Part shown: piece by piece, positions 11,762 to 24,043 of the stretch | Position numbering within the stretch: position 1 is the stretch's first letter | Layout of the letters: each line of letters opens with the position of its first letter | Source: Chrysochloris asiatica | Taxonomy: Eukaryota | Direction: 5' to 3' | DNA length: 52,086 nucleotides | NCBI RefSeq assembly: GCF_000296735.1 | Contig: NW_006409184.1 | Location: forward strand, 25,891-77,976 | Program-made: the position numbers and the translations under genes | The notes under the pieces: generated by a model | What the model saw: the letters and a program-made list of their open reading frames with translations, nothing else | The model's database searches: none | What the model was told of the DNA's origin: nothing

Positions 11762-11767
11762 AATAAA
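11762..11767 (+). terminator. KCTD13: AATAAA polyadenylation signal, end of the KCTD13 3'UTR
   Basis: ttattggAATAAAgttgagg, about 515 nt after the stop codon. Confidence 0.6.
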
Positions 11768-12066
11768 GTTGAGGTGAGGGTCTGGTGCTGGCTTCCAGGA
11801 AGAGGGACGGGAAGATGGCTTGTGTTAAAAAGGTACCTGGCTGTTGGCTAGGTGACAATCTGAGCCCTTGTCCCAAGCCTCTCCGGGCCTGGTTGCAGGG
11901 AAGGAAGGAGTCAGGAACCAGGACAAGATTCAGAATCTGTATTTCATGCTTTCTGGCCGGTTCCCGTTCCCACCCTCAAGACCCACCCACTCTTGCAGTG
12001 GCTACACCTCAGGTCATCCCTGAGTACAGCATTTCTCCAGCCCAGGTGTCTGAAGGAAGCCCCCCT

Positions 12067-12176
12067 TCAAAGGTCTGGTGCGAAGACAAAGTCAAGAGCC
12101 TGGCGCTCAGCCCCAGCTACACTGGGGTGCCAGAGGTCCACAATGAAGAGCACTCGAGGCCCATCTTCAGGAGACC
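12067..12176 (-). CDS. ASPHD1: ASPHD1 terminal coding exon ((G)[35 protein letters not shown])
   Basis: Minus-strand acceptor tgtttcctag|GGTCTCC; stop TGA is forward tca 12067-12069; Asp beta-hydroxylase-domain C-terminus motif FIVDxWHP. Confidence 0.8.
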
Positions 12177-12694
12177 CTAGGAAACATGGGGACAGAGAGG
12201 AAAGCAGCAGACATTGATACTTCTGGGTCAGGAGCACTCACCAAATACTCATAAATGCAAACAGCAAATATGTGCCAGGCCCTGCCTTACAAATATCAAC
12301 TCTGAATCATCAGGGCAAACTATGAGGTAGCACTATCATTATGCCCAGTTTACACTAAGTAACTAAGGCCTAGAGAAGTAACTTGCCCAAGGTCATATAG
12401 CTAATAACTACCACAGCGAGGACAGGAACCCAGGTGGTCCAGGCCCAGCATCCTGTGCTGTTAGCCACTTTGCTGAGCACCTATATTACTTAACAATTGC
12501 AGTCACCTGATAAAGACATTGTCCATTTCAATTTCTGTGAAACTGGTGACTGAAGGAGTTATGTGACTTGTTCAAGGTCATGCAGCTGGAAAATTGTGCC
12601 AGGACAGGGTTGGGCCTGATCCTGCAGCCCTCTAGTCTATTCGCCCTTCACTTTTTAGTCCCTTATCCCTCCTGGCAGGATGGGAGCCCCTTAC

Positions 12695-12808
12695 CGTTAT
12701 GCGCCACAGTGTGCAGGAAGGAGTCATCTACCAGAAGACAGTGCCCCTCAGCCCAGCACTGGGGTTCACCACCAACCACCAGCTCACAGCCAGCGGGTAT
12801 CTTCAGGC
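12695..12808 (-). CDS. ASPHD1: ASPHD1 coding exon 2 ((G)[37 protein letters not shown]), phase 1-1
   Basis: Minus-strand acceptor cttttcacag|GCCTGAAG and donor CATAACG|gtaagg; conserved ASPH-family motif (LLVDDSF.H.V.HN). Confidence 0.8.
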
Positions 12809-13078
12809 CTGTGAAAAGAGAGCTGGGCATCCAACACCCCTGCTTCTATCCAGCGTGCTCACCCTGTTTAGTAAATACGCAATCTGAGGGTCTGTTAAAT
12901 GCCAGGTTCTGAGGTGACCTGAGAATAATGACCATACTGAAGGGCCAGTCCCTGGACCAGTCATGGTGGGTAAAGCGGAGGGTCAGCAGAGAAGAGAAAG
13001 ACCCCCAACAAAATGGGTAGACACAGTGGCAACAATGGGCTCAAACATAACGATTGTGAAGATGGCGCTGAACCAAGT

Positions 13079-13150
13079 AGAGTGCTGCATTTTGTACACA
13101 GGGTCCCTATGAGTTGGAACTGACTTGACGGCACCTAACAATCACAACAA
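13079..13150 (+). mobile_element. AfroSINE 3' fragment in ASPHD1 intron 1
   Basis: ...cacagggtccctatgagttggaactgacttgacggcacctaacaatcacaacaa. Confidence 0.45.
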
Positions 13151-14161
13151 TACTGGATAAAAGTGCTAGGAGATAGAGCAAATGCAGAGGAAAGCACAAT
13201 CTATCCTGTTGGAGGAAAAGGGGAAAACTTCATGGAGGAAGTGACCTGTCCTCCTGGGCTTTCTGAACCTACAAGGTGCTAGGCCATATCTCCCAGAAGA
13301 GGTCTGAGTGATGAATGGCTCTATCCTGTTCCAGGACATTGTCAACTGCTATGAGAAAACTGAGCAGATAACTGATAAAAACAGGAAGGCATCCCAAATG
13401 AGGTTTGGCACTTGAAAATCTGAGTCCTGAAGGCAGTTTTTCGGGATATGATGGGGGCAGGACATTCTAGGTTGAGAGACCAGCATGTGCATGTGCCAAC
13501 ATCAGCCAGAGGTCTCCGGGATCAAAGCACAGCAAGAGCGGGGAAAACAAACATGGGAGATGAGAAAAGAGCTAGATTTGACCCTGAAGGTCAGTGTGCC
13601 CCAAAGTGTAGGACACATCCAACTGGGAGCACAGAAGATGGTTTTAGACTAAACCATGTCATGATGTTAAATAACAAGAAAACTGTCCCCACCCTCCCTT
13701 TTTTTCCCCCAATCTTTAAGACATCAAAAAGAAAATCAGTTTAGTGTGACCACAACTTTAACACATCATTAACATTGCCCCTTTTGAAAACTTAAGAGTA
13801 TAACGAGCTTAGAGAGAGAAGAGTATTTTGTTAGAATCTTTAAAGCTTTCCTTTTTCAAGTTTAAAATTGTTTTATGAGTGCTTTCTATTTAGGGCAAGT
13901 AATACTGATTATCATTTACAGTTCTACAAAGTTATTTTTTTAATAAGTAAAAGGGGGTGTGGAGTTGTGAAGAAACAGAACATATGACAAATGGCCATGG
14001 TGATACTTATGAAGATGGTTTGCTGATAAAGCTCAGAAAATGCTGCTATAGACAGTAGGGAGTAATGGAAGATTCTGAGCAGAGAGCTTTGGTGGCAGAG
14101 AAGAGGTCCTGAAGGGGAAATCCTGAAACAAGGAGGTTGTCTGTAGGCAGCATCTACTTAC

Positions 14162-15041
14162 CCAGATGGCATCTGACCCTGGCATTGGTGGGCCCACAGC
14201 GACCCTCAAGTTGGGCCCCAGGCAGCAGTACAGAAAAGCCAGCATTGCCGAAGGTGTTAGCACTCATAAAGCTCCGTAGCCCCCTCAGTGCCCTATAGGC
14301 TCCTGGGCAGCGGCGGCAGTTGCTGGGTTGGCACCTCCCTGCTTGGTACAGCAAGAGCTGGTAGCACCCAGGGGCCAGGGGTGGGGACCAGCCTCGAGGC
14401 AGAGGGGTAGTCCCTGAAAAGTCCCAACTTATAGCCCCAAAGTCCCGCAAAATGGCAGGGAAGCTGCTCTCCAGGAGTTCCACATCATGCCGCTGGGCAT
14501 CACGTGGCACAAAGGGGACTGAGGGCAGGTCTGGCAAGAAAAAAAGGCCTGGACGCTGAATGCCCAGGACCCCTGGTTCTTCCCCAGGACTTAGTCCACC
14601 CTGAGCTGCCCGCCTCACCCTGCCCATCCCAGCCCAGGAGTAGCGCCTGGCATAGGCTCGAAGCCGACGACTCACTAGGCCTTCTGTCCTGGGTCCTTCC
14701 CCAGGGTCTCTAGTGCTCCCTGGGCATGGCCTGCTAGCCTCAGAGCACCCCCCAGGACCACCACTGACAGCCCCAGTCCGGCTCCTAGCTCCCAGTGTCT
14801 GCAACTCTTGGGAACCCAGGCGGTAGCAGTACCAGAGGAAAAGAGAAGTGAGGGCTCCAAGGAACAGAGTAAGGGCTGAGGAGGCCAGGGGCAGGGGCCA
14901 TGGAGGCATGATGGGCAAGGAAGCCCTGGTCAAGAGGCCTGGGGCATCCCCCAGACCCAGGTTCCCCTGTCCTCCCAACTCTCCATCTGTCCCCTCCATG
15001 GCCGCTCCTTGAATCCCCCCTAGGCTGTCTCCCTTCCACAT
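14162..15041 (-). CDS. ASPHD1: ASPHD1 coding exon 1 from the first in-frame ATG (MWKGDS...); the open frame continues upstream to a GTG at 15111-15113 (319-codon ORF in the supplied track)
   Basis: Minus-strand donor TGCCATCTGG|gtaagtag at 14162; encodes a TM segment PLPLASSALTLFLGALTSLFLWYCY and ASPH-domain motifs (GCYQLLLYQAGRC, NCRRCPGAYRALRGL, FGNAGFSVLLPG); the start codon is ambiguous (see findings). Confidence 0.75.
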
Positions 15042-15049
15042 TTCCACTT

Positions 15050-15460
15050 TTAATTCTCTTTTTGGGGTCTCTTCTCCGTGTATCTCTCTGTGTTCCCTCT
15101 CTCCTAAATACACAGCGAACCCCCTTCGATCTCTTTTGTCCTTCCTCTTTCTAACTTCTCTCCCTCTCCCTTCCCCCTCTCTCCACCGTTGTCTCTCCTT
15201 CTCTTCTCCTTCCTTTTTGCTTTATCTTTCTTTCCCTCCTTTCCTTCTAGCTTCCCTGGACAGCAGTTCGTACTCCACCTGAACCTGCAGCCCCGGAAAC
15301 CCGTAGCCTGCCTTCCTCCGCGGCGGCTTTTCTCTCCTTCCTCCCCCCTTCTCCTTCCTGCCCTCGCTTCTCTCTAGGCCTACTGATCCTGCCTCTCTCT
15401 CGCTCCCTCTTTTCTACTCGCTCCTTCCTCGGCTCCCACTCACCCTGACGTCACCCCTCC
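15050..15460. repeat. About 400 bp polypyrimidine (CT-rich) low-complexity tract; GA-rich on the ASPHD1 sense strand, within its 5'UTR and promoter
   Basis: ctcttctccgtgtatctctctgtgttccctctctcc...ctctccttctcttctccttcctttttgctttatctttctttccctcctttccttc...tctcctcccccct. Confidence 0.8.
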
Positions 15461-15871
15461 TTGGAGCCCTCTCAACTCTGCTACCCTCGCCCCCGCCCCG
15501 AGGCAGTGGCAACTCAGGCTTGGGCGGGGAGGGGGAGCAGGGGAGTCATCTTTGGATCTGCACACCCCCTCTCACTCGCACTGGGCGCCACGTGGGGGCA
15601 ACAGGGGGCACTGCGCCAACCTCCAGCCGCCCCGCAATGCGAAAAGAAGAGGGAGGGGCCTGAGAGCGGGGGCGGGACAAATCCCAGGGCCGTGCGAGCG
15701 GGCAGACTGACAGGGCAGGCGCTCGGGTACCGGGGCTGGGGCTACGCGGCCTGTAGGTGAATCCATCCGTCCTTCCATCTGTCAGCCTGTGGCTTCTCTC
15801 GCCTTTCGCCCTCGCTAGAATTCCGCCCTAGGCGCGAACCTGATCGAACCTGATCGTGAAAGCGGCTTCAG

Positions 15872-15876
15872 CCAAT
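15872..15876 (+). promoter_or_regulatory. CCAAT box within the CpG island
   Basis: ggcttcagCCAATcgctggc, preceded by the tandem duplication gaacctgatc|gaacctgatc. Confidence 0.4.
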
Positions 15877-16319
15877 CGCTGGCAGACTTGCTCTGGCGGA
15901 GCCAAGAAGAGAGCTGTCCGCGCGCTGGTGGTGCTGAAGACAGCGCACTCCAGAGGGAGTGTGTGGGAGCCCAGAAGAGAAAAATCAGAGTTGCAGTCGC
16001 TTGGCAGCTGACCGGGGGCTTATTGTGTCTCCCCTCCCCAGGCTGTGTCCTGTCAGCCTAGACTTCTCACGGACGTGAAAACTCGCCATTTTCCTGGGAT
16101 AGGGAGAAGGCCATTCCACATGAGCTTCTGTAAAAAGGAAGACGTCTCATGAGGAGTCTGAATGTGGGGAAGGGGTGTATTGGAGGGCAAAGCAAGTGCG
16201 AACCCAGCTGGGAAAAGGAGACTCTGATTCCAGATGTGCTGGAATAGCGGGGCAAAGGGGACGTAATTACTGTTGGGGCCGGATCGTTTATATTTTGCCT
16301 CCCCTAGGAGCTGCGGGAA

Positions 16320-16474
16320 GGAGCTCTGGTAGCGTAGTGGTTATGAATCGGGCTGCTAACCTCAAGGTCGGCAGTTCGAAACTACCAGCTGTTCCACGAG
16401 AAACAGATGAGGCTCGGAAATCCTGTGCAGGGTCACTATGAGTCGGAACCGACTCCACGGTACTTAACAACAGG
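16320..16474 (+). mobile_element. AfroSINE copy with an internal deletion, inserted inside the ASPHD1/SEZ6L2 CpG-island promoter
   Basis: ggagctctggtagcgtagtggttatgaatcgggctgctaacctcaaggtcggcagttcgaaactaccagctgttccacgagaaacagatgaggctcggaaatcctgtgcagggtcactatgagtcggaaccgactccacggtacttaacaacag. Confidence 0.8.
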
Positions 16475-17108
16475 GTTACGGTCCTTTCTCAAATGGTCCC
16501 TCCTTCTTCCCTCCCTCTGCACTTCCTCCTCCCCCCCCCTCAAATAAATAAATCCTAGGTCTTAGGCCCCTCCTCTCGCTCGTCCCCAGGATCTGACGTG
16601 GCTCGACACTTTTCTCCGCTTCTCCCTCCCGCAGCCCCAGTGCCCGAGCTTCGACTCTCCGGGTTCCGCAGCCCCCTCCCCTCCCTGCCAAGCCCCGCTA
16701 GAGCCCAGTGGAGACCCTCCCGATTTCCAACCCCACCCAAACCTTGCCGCCTTGCCTCTCTCCACATCCCCAGCTCGGGATTCAGCCAGACGGGTGGACC
16801 CAGGAGCCTGAGCAAGAGTAACCCGGGCGACCCGGCCTTTTCGGCCCTTTCGGCCCCACCCCTTGCAGTCGTAGCCGCGCCCCCTCTGCCACGGACTCGG
16901 GAGCAGAAGACGGAAGAGGTTGGGCAAGGGGGGGCCTTCAGGCGCCCCCCAGCCCAATTCCACCCCTCCATCCCAGGGGCACAGAAATTGTCTTCTTTGC
17001 TGACCACTAACAGGAGAAAAAAATTAAGGGACAGATAAAAGGAGACGGAGGAAAGGTGGCAACTAGATCAATTATATTGGAAAGGCGCAGAGGATAGAAA
17101 TCTTCTGA

Positions 17109-17363
<255 letters not shown>

Positions 17364-18013
17364 TAAATCCCCATCTTGAGGCAACAGAAAAATGAATGAG
17401 GGAAGCTTTTAGTCGAGTCTTAGGGGTTAAATCCAGGAATAAGGGCTGGGGAAGCTGGGGGTGGGGATGTCTGCGGAGGCGTCAGAAGCACGCAGGATAC
17501 CTGGATTGGAGATGGAGGTGCTGGGAGAGATGCCAGGCGCTGCATACACAAATGTTCTTGGACATATGGACAAAGACACTGGAGACAGGGTTCAGAACCA
17601 GCTGTTCAGTCCCCCACTCTGACCCCCAGCCAGACTTCAGGGAAGGAGGCAGAGACTGCAGATAACCAGAGAGAGGAGGGCTGACACATTGAAGAGACAG
17701 AAATCCAGAGCGAAAGCTGGGGCGCTGAGAAAGCAAGGCCTGGTAGGCTACAGACCCTCCGCAGAGCCCCAGAGTTGAGGAAGAACCCACTGAGGTGAAA
17801 GTAAAGGCTACACTGCCTGGTGGGGGGCTCTGACCTGATAGCGCTGTCCAAGATCTGTGAGAGCCAAGTGCTTCCTGAAGGACCGGCAGCCTGGGGGAAA
17901 GGGAAAGTGTGTGGACTGGAGCAGGAGAGGCAGCTGGGGTCCCCTCCCCCAACCTTGGCTCTCAGCCCATCCTGGGACCCTGTGAGCCCCTTCAGGACTA
18001 GCTGATTGAATAA

Positions 18014-18301
<288 letters not shown>

Positions 18302-18897
18302 TAAGAGAGAAAGAAAAACTGCAGGCAGTGGTGGTGAGACCCCTTAGAAAGACCACTGAAATTCAGAGGAAGACAGACAGTTGGAGAGAGAGTCAGATTG
18401 AGTGTAGGCAGGGGTCCCGAGAAACAGAGAAGGGTGATCAGGCGATAGTGAGGGCCAACAAAAGGCATACGGAGAGAAAGACAGATGGAAACTCAGAACT
18501 AGACAAATTCAGAGGAATAATGATGGGAGAGAGCTAAAGATCTAGAGACTAGTAAAGCCACAAAATCAGAGAGAGATAAGAATACAGAAAAATTCAGAGT
18601 TCCAGAGAGTACAAAAGAGAAAACTAGAGAAGACAGTGGTAACCAGGAGAAAGCCAGATCTGAATGGGGAGCTAGCTCAAGGAGCTATTCTGGGTACAAG
18701 GGCCTGGGTAGAAACCTGGGAGGCAGAGAGAGGAGGTGGAGGTCTTCAGAGGAGAGGAGGCAGGGAGTTGAGTAGGGAGTAGAGAGATAAGGGCCCACAA
18801 CTTGTTGGGAGGCCTTTTATATTCAGTTGGGGACCCCCACTCTCCCTCAGTTTGACTCCCACCCAGGGGCTCCCAATTTGTTCCTCATGTGCCCTGA

Positions 18898-19239
<342 letters not shown>

Positions 19240-19296
19240 TAGTGTCCACAAGTACACAGGTAGGGAAGGACTTGGGGTCTGGGTACAGATGGGAGA

Positions 19297-19440
19297 GGAG
19301 TCCTGGTGTGGTGTTCTAAGATAAGCACTGGACCACTAACCTCAAGGTCGGCAGTTCAAACCCACCAGCTACTCCTGGGAAACCTATACAGGGTTGCTAT
19401 GAGTCGGAACTGACTCTGCGACACTTAACAACGACAACAG
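19297..19440 (+). mobile_element. AfroSINE copy (first of six packed into SEZ6L2 intron 3)
   Basis: ggagtcctggtgtggtgttctaagataagcactggaccactaacctcaaggtcggcagttcaaacccaccagctactcctgggaaacctatacagggttgctatgagtcggaactgactctgcgacacttaacaacgacaacag. Confidence 0.8.
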
Positions 19441-19465
19441 CGATTATATACAATAAGTATTGCAC

Positions 19466-19606
19466 TGAGAACCACAAAGCCTGTGGTTTGAACCCACCAG
19501 CTGCTCTGCAGGAGAAAGAGGAGGCCTTCTGCATCTGCAAGGTTTCAAAGCCTCAGAAACCCTATACAGGGTCACTATGAGTCGGAACCAATTCCACTTT
19601 ACAACA
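19466..19606 (+). mobile_element. AfroSINE copy (5'-truncated)
   Basis: gaaccacaaagcctgtggtttgaacccaccagctgctctgcaggagaaagaggaggccttctgcatctgcaaggtttcaaagcctcagaaaccctatacagggtcactatgagtcggaaccaattccactttacaacaatg. Confidence 0.75.
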
Positions 19607-19616
19607 ATGTGCCAAA

Positions 19617-19790
19617 AGAGCTCTGATGGCACGGTAGTTAAGCACTTGGCTGCCCATAGAAAGACCAGCTGCCTACCAGCCCTGTGGGCAGTCTGCTTCC
19701 ATCCATCCTACAGCCTTGGAAATACTCTGGAACAATTCTGCTCTGTTCCACAGCATCACTGTGAGTCAGAAGCAACTTAACACAGTGGGT
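19617..19790 (+). mobile_element. Divergent AfroSINE-related copy
   Basis: gctctgatggcacggtagttaagcacttggctgcc...cagcatcactgtgagtcagaagcaacttaacac. Confidence 0.5.
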
Positions 19791-19825
19791 TCAGTTTTGG
19801 TTACGCTGTGCCAAGGTGTGATGCT

Positions 19826-19932
19826 TTTGGTGGTAGAGAGGTTCAGAGCTTAGCTGCTAATCAAAAGGTTTGTGGTTGGAACCCACCAGCTACTTTGTGG
19901 GAGAAAAGACCTGAATTGGCTCCTGTAAAGAT
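19826..19932 (+). mobile_element. AfroSINE copy (3'-truncated)
   Basis: ttttggtggtagagaggttcagagcttagctgctaatcaaaaggtttgtggttggaacccaccagctactttgtgggagaaaagacctgaattggctcctgtaaagatt. Confidence 0.7.
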
Positions 19933-20030
19933 TGTTGTTGTTGTTGTTAAGTGCTGTCGAGTCAGTTCCAACCTATAGTGACCCTGTGGAGTAGTTATAC
20001 TCTGTCTCACAGAGTACAACAACAAAAACT
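19933..20030 (-). mobile_element. AfroSINE 3' fragment in reverse orientation, abutting the previous + copy
   Basis: gttgttgttgttgttaagtgctgtcgagtcagttccaacctatagtgaccctgtggagtagttatactctgtctcacagagtacaac. Confidence 0.65.
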
Positions 20031-20034
20031 CTGT

Positions 20035-20245
20035 ACCAAGATCCCTGATTGGCGCAAATGGTTTCTACTCAATTGCAAACCTAAAGGTTGGCAGTTCAAA
20101 TTCCCCTAGTGGTGCCCTAGAGGGAAGGCCTAGCGAATGGCTTTTATAAAGATTACAGCCAAGAAAACTCCATGCGGCAGTTCTCCTCTGTAATACATGG
20201 AGTTGTCATGAGTCAGAATCCAGCTGACAGCAACAGATTTGGCTT
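20035..20245 (+). mobile_element. AfroSINE-family copy (head variant ...ccctgattggcgcaaatggtttc...)
   Basis: ...aaacctaaaggttggcagttcaaattcccctagtggtgcc...ctccatgcggcagttctcctctgtaatacatggagttgtcatgagtcagaatccagctgacagcaacag. Confidence 0.6.
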
Positions 20246-20412
20246 GGTTTGATTGCTATGTGTTAGGCACCTTTCTATGCGCTGGATCTCTATTACAGTT
20301 AGGGAAGGGAGCTCTGGGTCCAGGGTTACAGTTAGGAAAGAGAGCACTGGTTAAGGGTGGTCATGGGAGCTGGGGAGAAAACATGTGAGGACCCCCAGAG
20401 TTGCTTGGCTGA

Positions 20413-20733
<321 letters not shown>

Positions 20734-20897
20734 TGACTCAGATGATCGGAAAGACTTTGCTAGTGTTCTACAACTTTACTGATATCAACTTTACTGTAGA
20801 TTTGATATCTACAACTTGGGCCACGGCAAAGGGAAAAGGGAAGACAAGGGGTCTTAGGGAGTCACCCACCATGACTGACTAGCACTGGCTTCTCTAG

Positions 20898-21371
<474 letters not shown>

Positions 21372-23732
21372 TGAACAGCCCAAGAAATTTTATTTCTGGG
21401 AACTCAGGATCTAGGTAGAGAGACAAGTAATCAGATGACTATAATTCAGTGAGATAAGGATGGGGGGAAATACAGGCAGGGGGTGCAAATATCAAAGGAA
21501 TGTTGAACTCTAAAGGACGAGTTATTCAAAGAAAAGGGAGAAAGGAGGAAAGGAGGGAGGCCACTGTCTAGATGAATGAAGGATCTCACTGCAAGATCCA
21601 GAAAGGAGAGAAAATGTGACCTCCTTGAGGAACCTAAGTAATTCAGCATGAAAGACAGAATTGTCCTAGCTGTGTGACCTTGGACAAGTTATTTACCTCT
21701 CTGTGCCTCAGAGGCTCAGAGAAACATGATGATCATGATACCAACTTCATGGTATATTAGGAAATCAAATGAGTTAATGCATGGCAAGTGCTTAAAACAA
21801 TGTCTGGTCCACAGTGAGAAATTTTAATGTGTCAGTTGTTGCTCTTGTAGAGAAAGAGGGGTGGGTTGAGACCAGGTTTGGGGGCGGTTGGATTTAGATC
21901 ATGAAGGGCCTTATTAGCTTCAGTAAGGAGTTCAAACTATTTTATCTTGCAGGTGAGGGGGAGGCATTCTGAAGTGTTTTAAGCCTTCAGTGAGTGATAC
22001 TGCTGGGAACTGGGAGGGGGGCGGATACATCCCCACACCAGCTACATTCATGAGCACCCACCCCCAGACAGTCTATACACCAAGGTACAGTCATACCCAC
22101 CTGTGTGTACAGGAACTTTCCACAGTCTATGTGTGCTTTCTAGGATACGTGTATGCATGCTGCAAGGGGCCCAGCCCACTGCCCCTATTCCCCAAGGTCC
22201 CTTCTTTCTGTCCTCAGAAACAGAGAAAACCCAGCATGTTGGTCAATGCCCACATCATCGCATGGCTTTGCCTTACTCCCAGTACCCTGATCCCCATGAG
22301 CTCTGCTGACCCCAGATCCCTTATCGACCTTATCCAGACATAACTTGTGTCTCTTCCTCACATCTTCTCCAGTCTTTCCTGCATCTCCTGAGGCTGAGTA
22401 CCTGCCCCAGGGGCTCACATGTACAAGGTGGAGGTGCCCAACACTATTCCTAAAGACACCAATGAGCTAGGACCACGTACTTGGTGGCAGCAGGCCTGGA
22501 CAGGCCCTGGGGCCCCATGACCCAGTGCTGGACTTCAGATGTAGTAAAGTGGCTCTGCACCATCTTCTTTAAGCAGCCACTTCCCCAGGGCATTTAAAAT
22601 AGAACTCTGAGACTAAGTGGAACATTTGGGGAAGCAGGAATATGGCATAAATTGACCTTCATTACCTGCCTTAGTTTTCCCGGCTTTGCAGCTAGCTACT
22701 CCAGGGACCCTTAGGGTCAAGGCCAGGCTTAAGCTCTTTTCCAGCCTGCACTAACTGGGCCCTCTGGTCTAGAGTGGCCTTGTTAGCTTCCACAAAAGGC
22801 CCAAATCCCCACCACTCCTCACCCCAAGTCCAGCAAGTTTTCCCGCTTATAAAACCCTTTCATCAATGCTTTGTTCACTGATTTCTCACACAGTTACCCT
22901 ACGGGATGGCTGTTGTCAGCCCATCTCTGAAAGACAAACAAAACTCAAAGGTTTATGTGGGTTTCTCAGCTACATTGCAGAATAAGAATTCGGACCAGGA
23001 GTCCCTGACCCCCAGTTAGTCATTAACTGAGGTTGAGGGGCAGGTGATTAACATTTTTCTAAGCACCTTCTCTGTACCAGGTGCTTGGTGTGTGTGTATG
23101 TGTTTAAGTTAATTTTCAGGCTAATCCTCAGTGGTAGGTATTAATTGATGCCCTTTATAGATGAGAGGCCCCTAGAGGTAAAGCCACCTGCTCAAAGCCA
23201 CACAGCTATTTAATAACTCATGGAACAGGGACTGGAACTCGTATCTGTGCATCTTCAAACCCAGTATTCTTGTACCATTCTGCACTGCCTCTTGGCACCA
23301 GTTGGCTTTTTAGAAGACCAGAAAAAAAAATTTAATAAAACTTAGTTTATTTAGTCTCATGGGGGAAGCAATAGATGATGAGTCATGTGATGATTGAATC
23401 ATGCACGTGAGACTGGGGAACAGCTACTTCTGCTGGGAATGGGAGGTGTCTGAAAGGCTTCCTGGAAGAGGTCACACTTAAGTTACTCCCTGGAAGCTAA
23501 GAAAGAGGGAAAAGAGAGCCTTTCACAGAGGGACAATGGTGTGAGCAAAAGCTCAGTGGAAGTGGGACCTCAAGGCGTCATGAAACTTGCATAGGATATA
23601 CAGGTTGTGAGTACTGAGAATCAAAGGTGGAGGTGCTGGGCCTTGCATGTCATTATAGAGCATTTGATCTTGACTCTGGGGCCACTAAGAATCATTACAG
23701 AAGCTACATTGTGCACATCACTGTGTCTTAGA

Positions 23733-23888
23733 AGGAATCCTGATGTAGCACTGTGGGTTAATGCACCGGCATGCAGAATCAGTGTCAGCCTCAAGGTCGG
23801 CAGTTCAAGCTCTCCAGCCGCTCCTCAAAAACCTTTACAGGGTCGCTATGGGTTGGAACCAACTTGATGGCACTTAACAACAACAACC
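23733..23888 (+). mobile_element. AfroSINE copy (first of three in head-to-tail tandem in SEZ6L2 intron 5)
   Basis: ggaatcctgatgtagcactgtgggttaatgcaccggcatgcagaatcagtgtcagcctcaaggtcggcagttcaagctctccagccgctcctcaaaaacctttacagggtcgctatgggttggaaccaacttgatggcacttaacaacaacaacc. Confidence 0.8.
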
Positions 23889-23899
23889 ACTTTAGTAAG

Positions 23900-24041
23900 G
23901 GACTCCTGGTGTGGCACTGTAGGATGAACACTGTACTATGAACTACAAGGTCAGTGGTTCAAACCCACCAGTAGCTCCTCAGAAACCCTGTACAGGGTTG
24001 CTATAAGTCAGATTCGAATTCATGGTACTTATCAACAACAA
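23900..24041 (+). mobile_element. AfroSINE copy
   Basis: ggactcctggtgtggcactgtaggatgaacactgtactatgaactacaaggtcagtggttcaaacccaccagtagctcctcagaaaccctgtacagggttgctataagtcagattcgaattcatggtacttatcaacaacaacc. Confidence 0.8.
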
Positions 24042-24043
24042 CC

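Noticed and set aside
11785-12217. + strand ORFs of 131 and 74 aa in the ASPHD1 3' region
   Set aside because: They are antisense to the ASPHD1 terminal exon and 3'UTR, lie downstream of the KCTD13 poly(A) signal, and show no protein similarity. These are spurious
16555-17038. Long ORFs on both strands in the supplied track (150 aa on -, 146 aa and 133 aa overlapping) inside the ASPHD1/SEZ6L2 CpG island
   Set aside because: GC-rich, stop-poor promoter sequence. The translations are low-complexity (P/G/R/A-rich) with no recognisable domain and overlap each other on opposite strands. These are spurious
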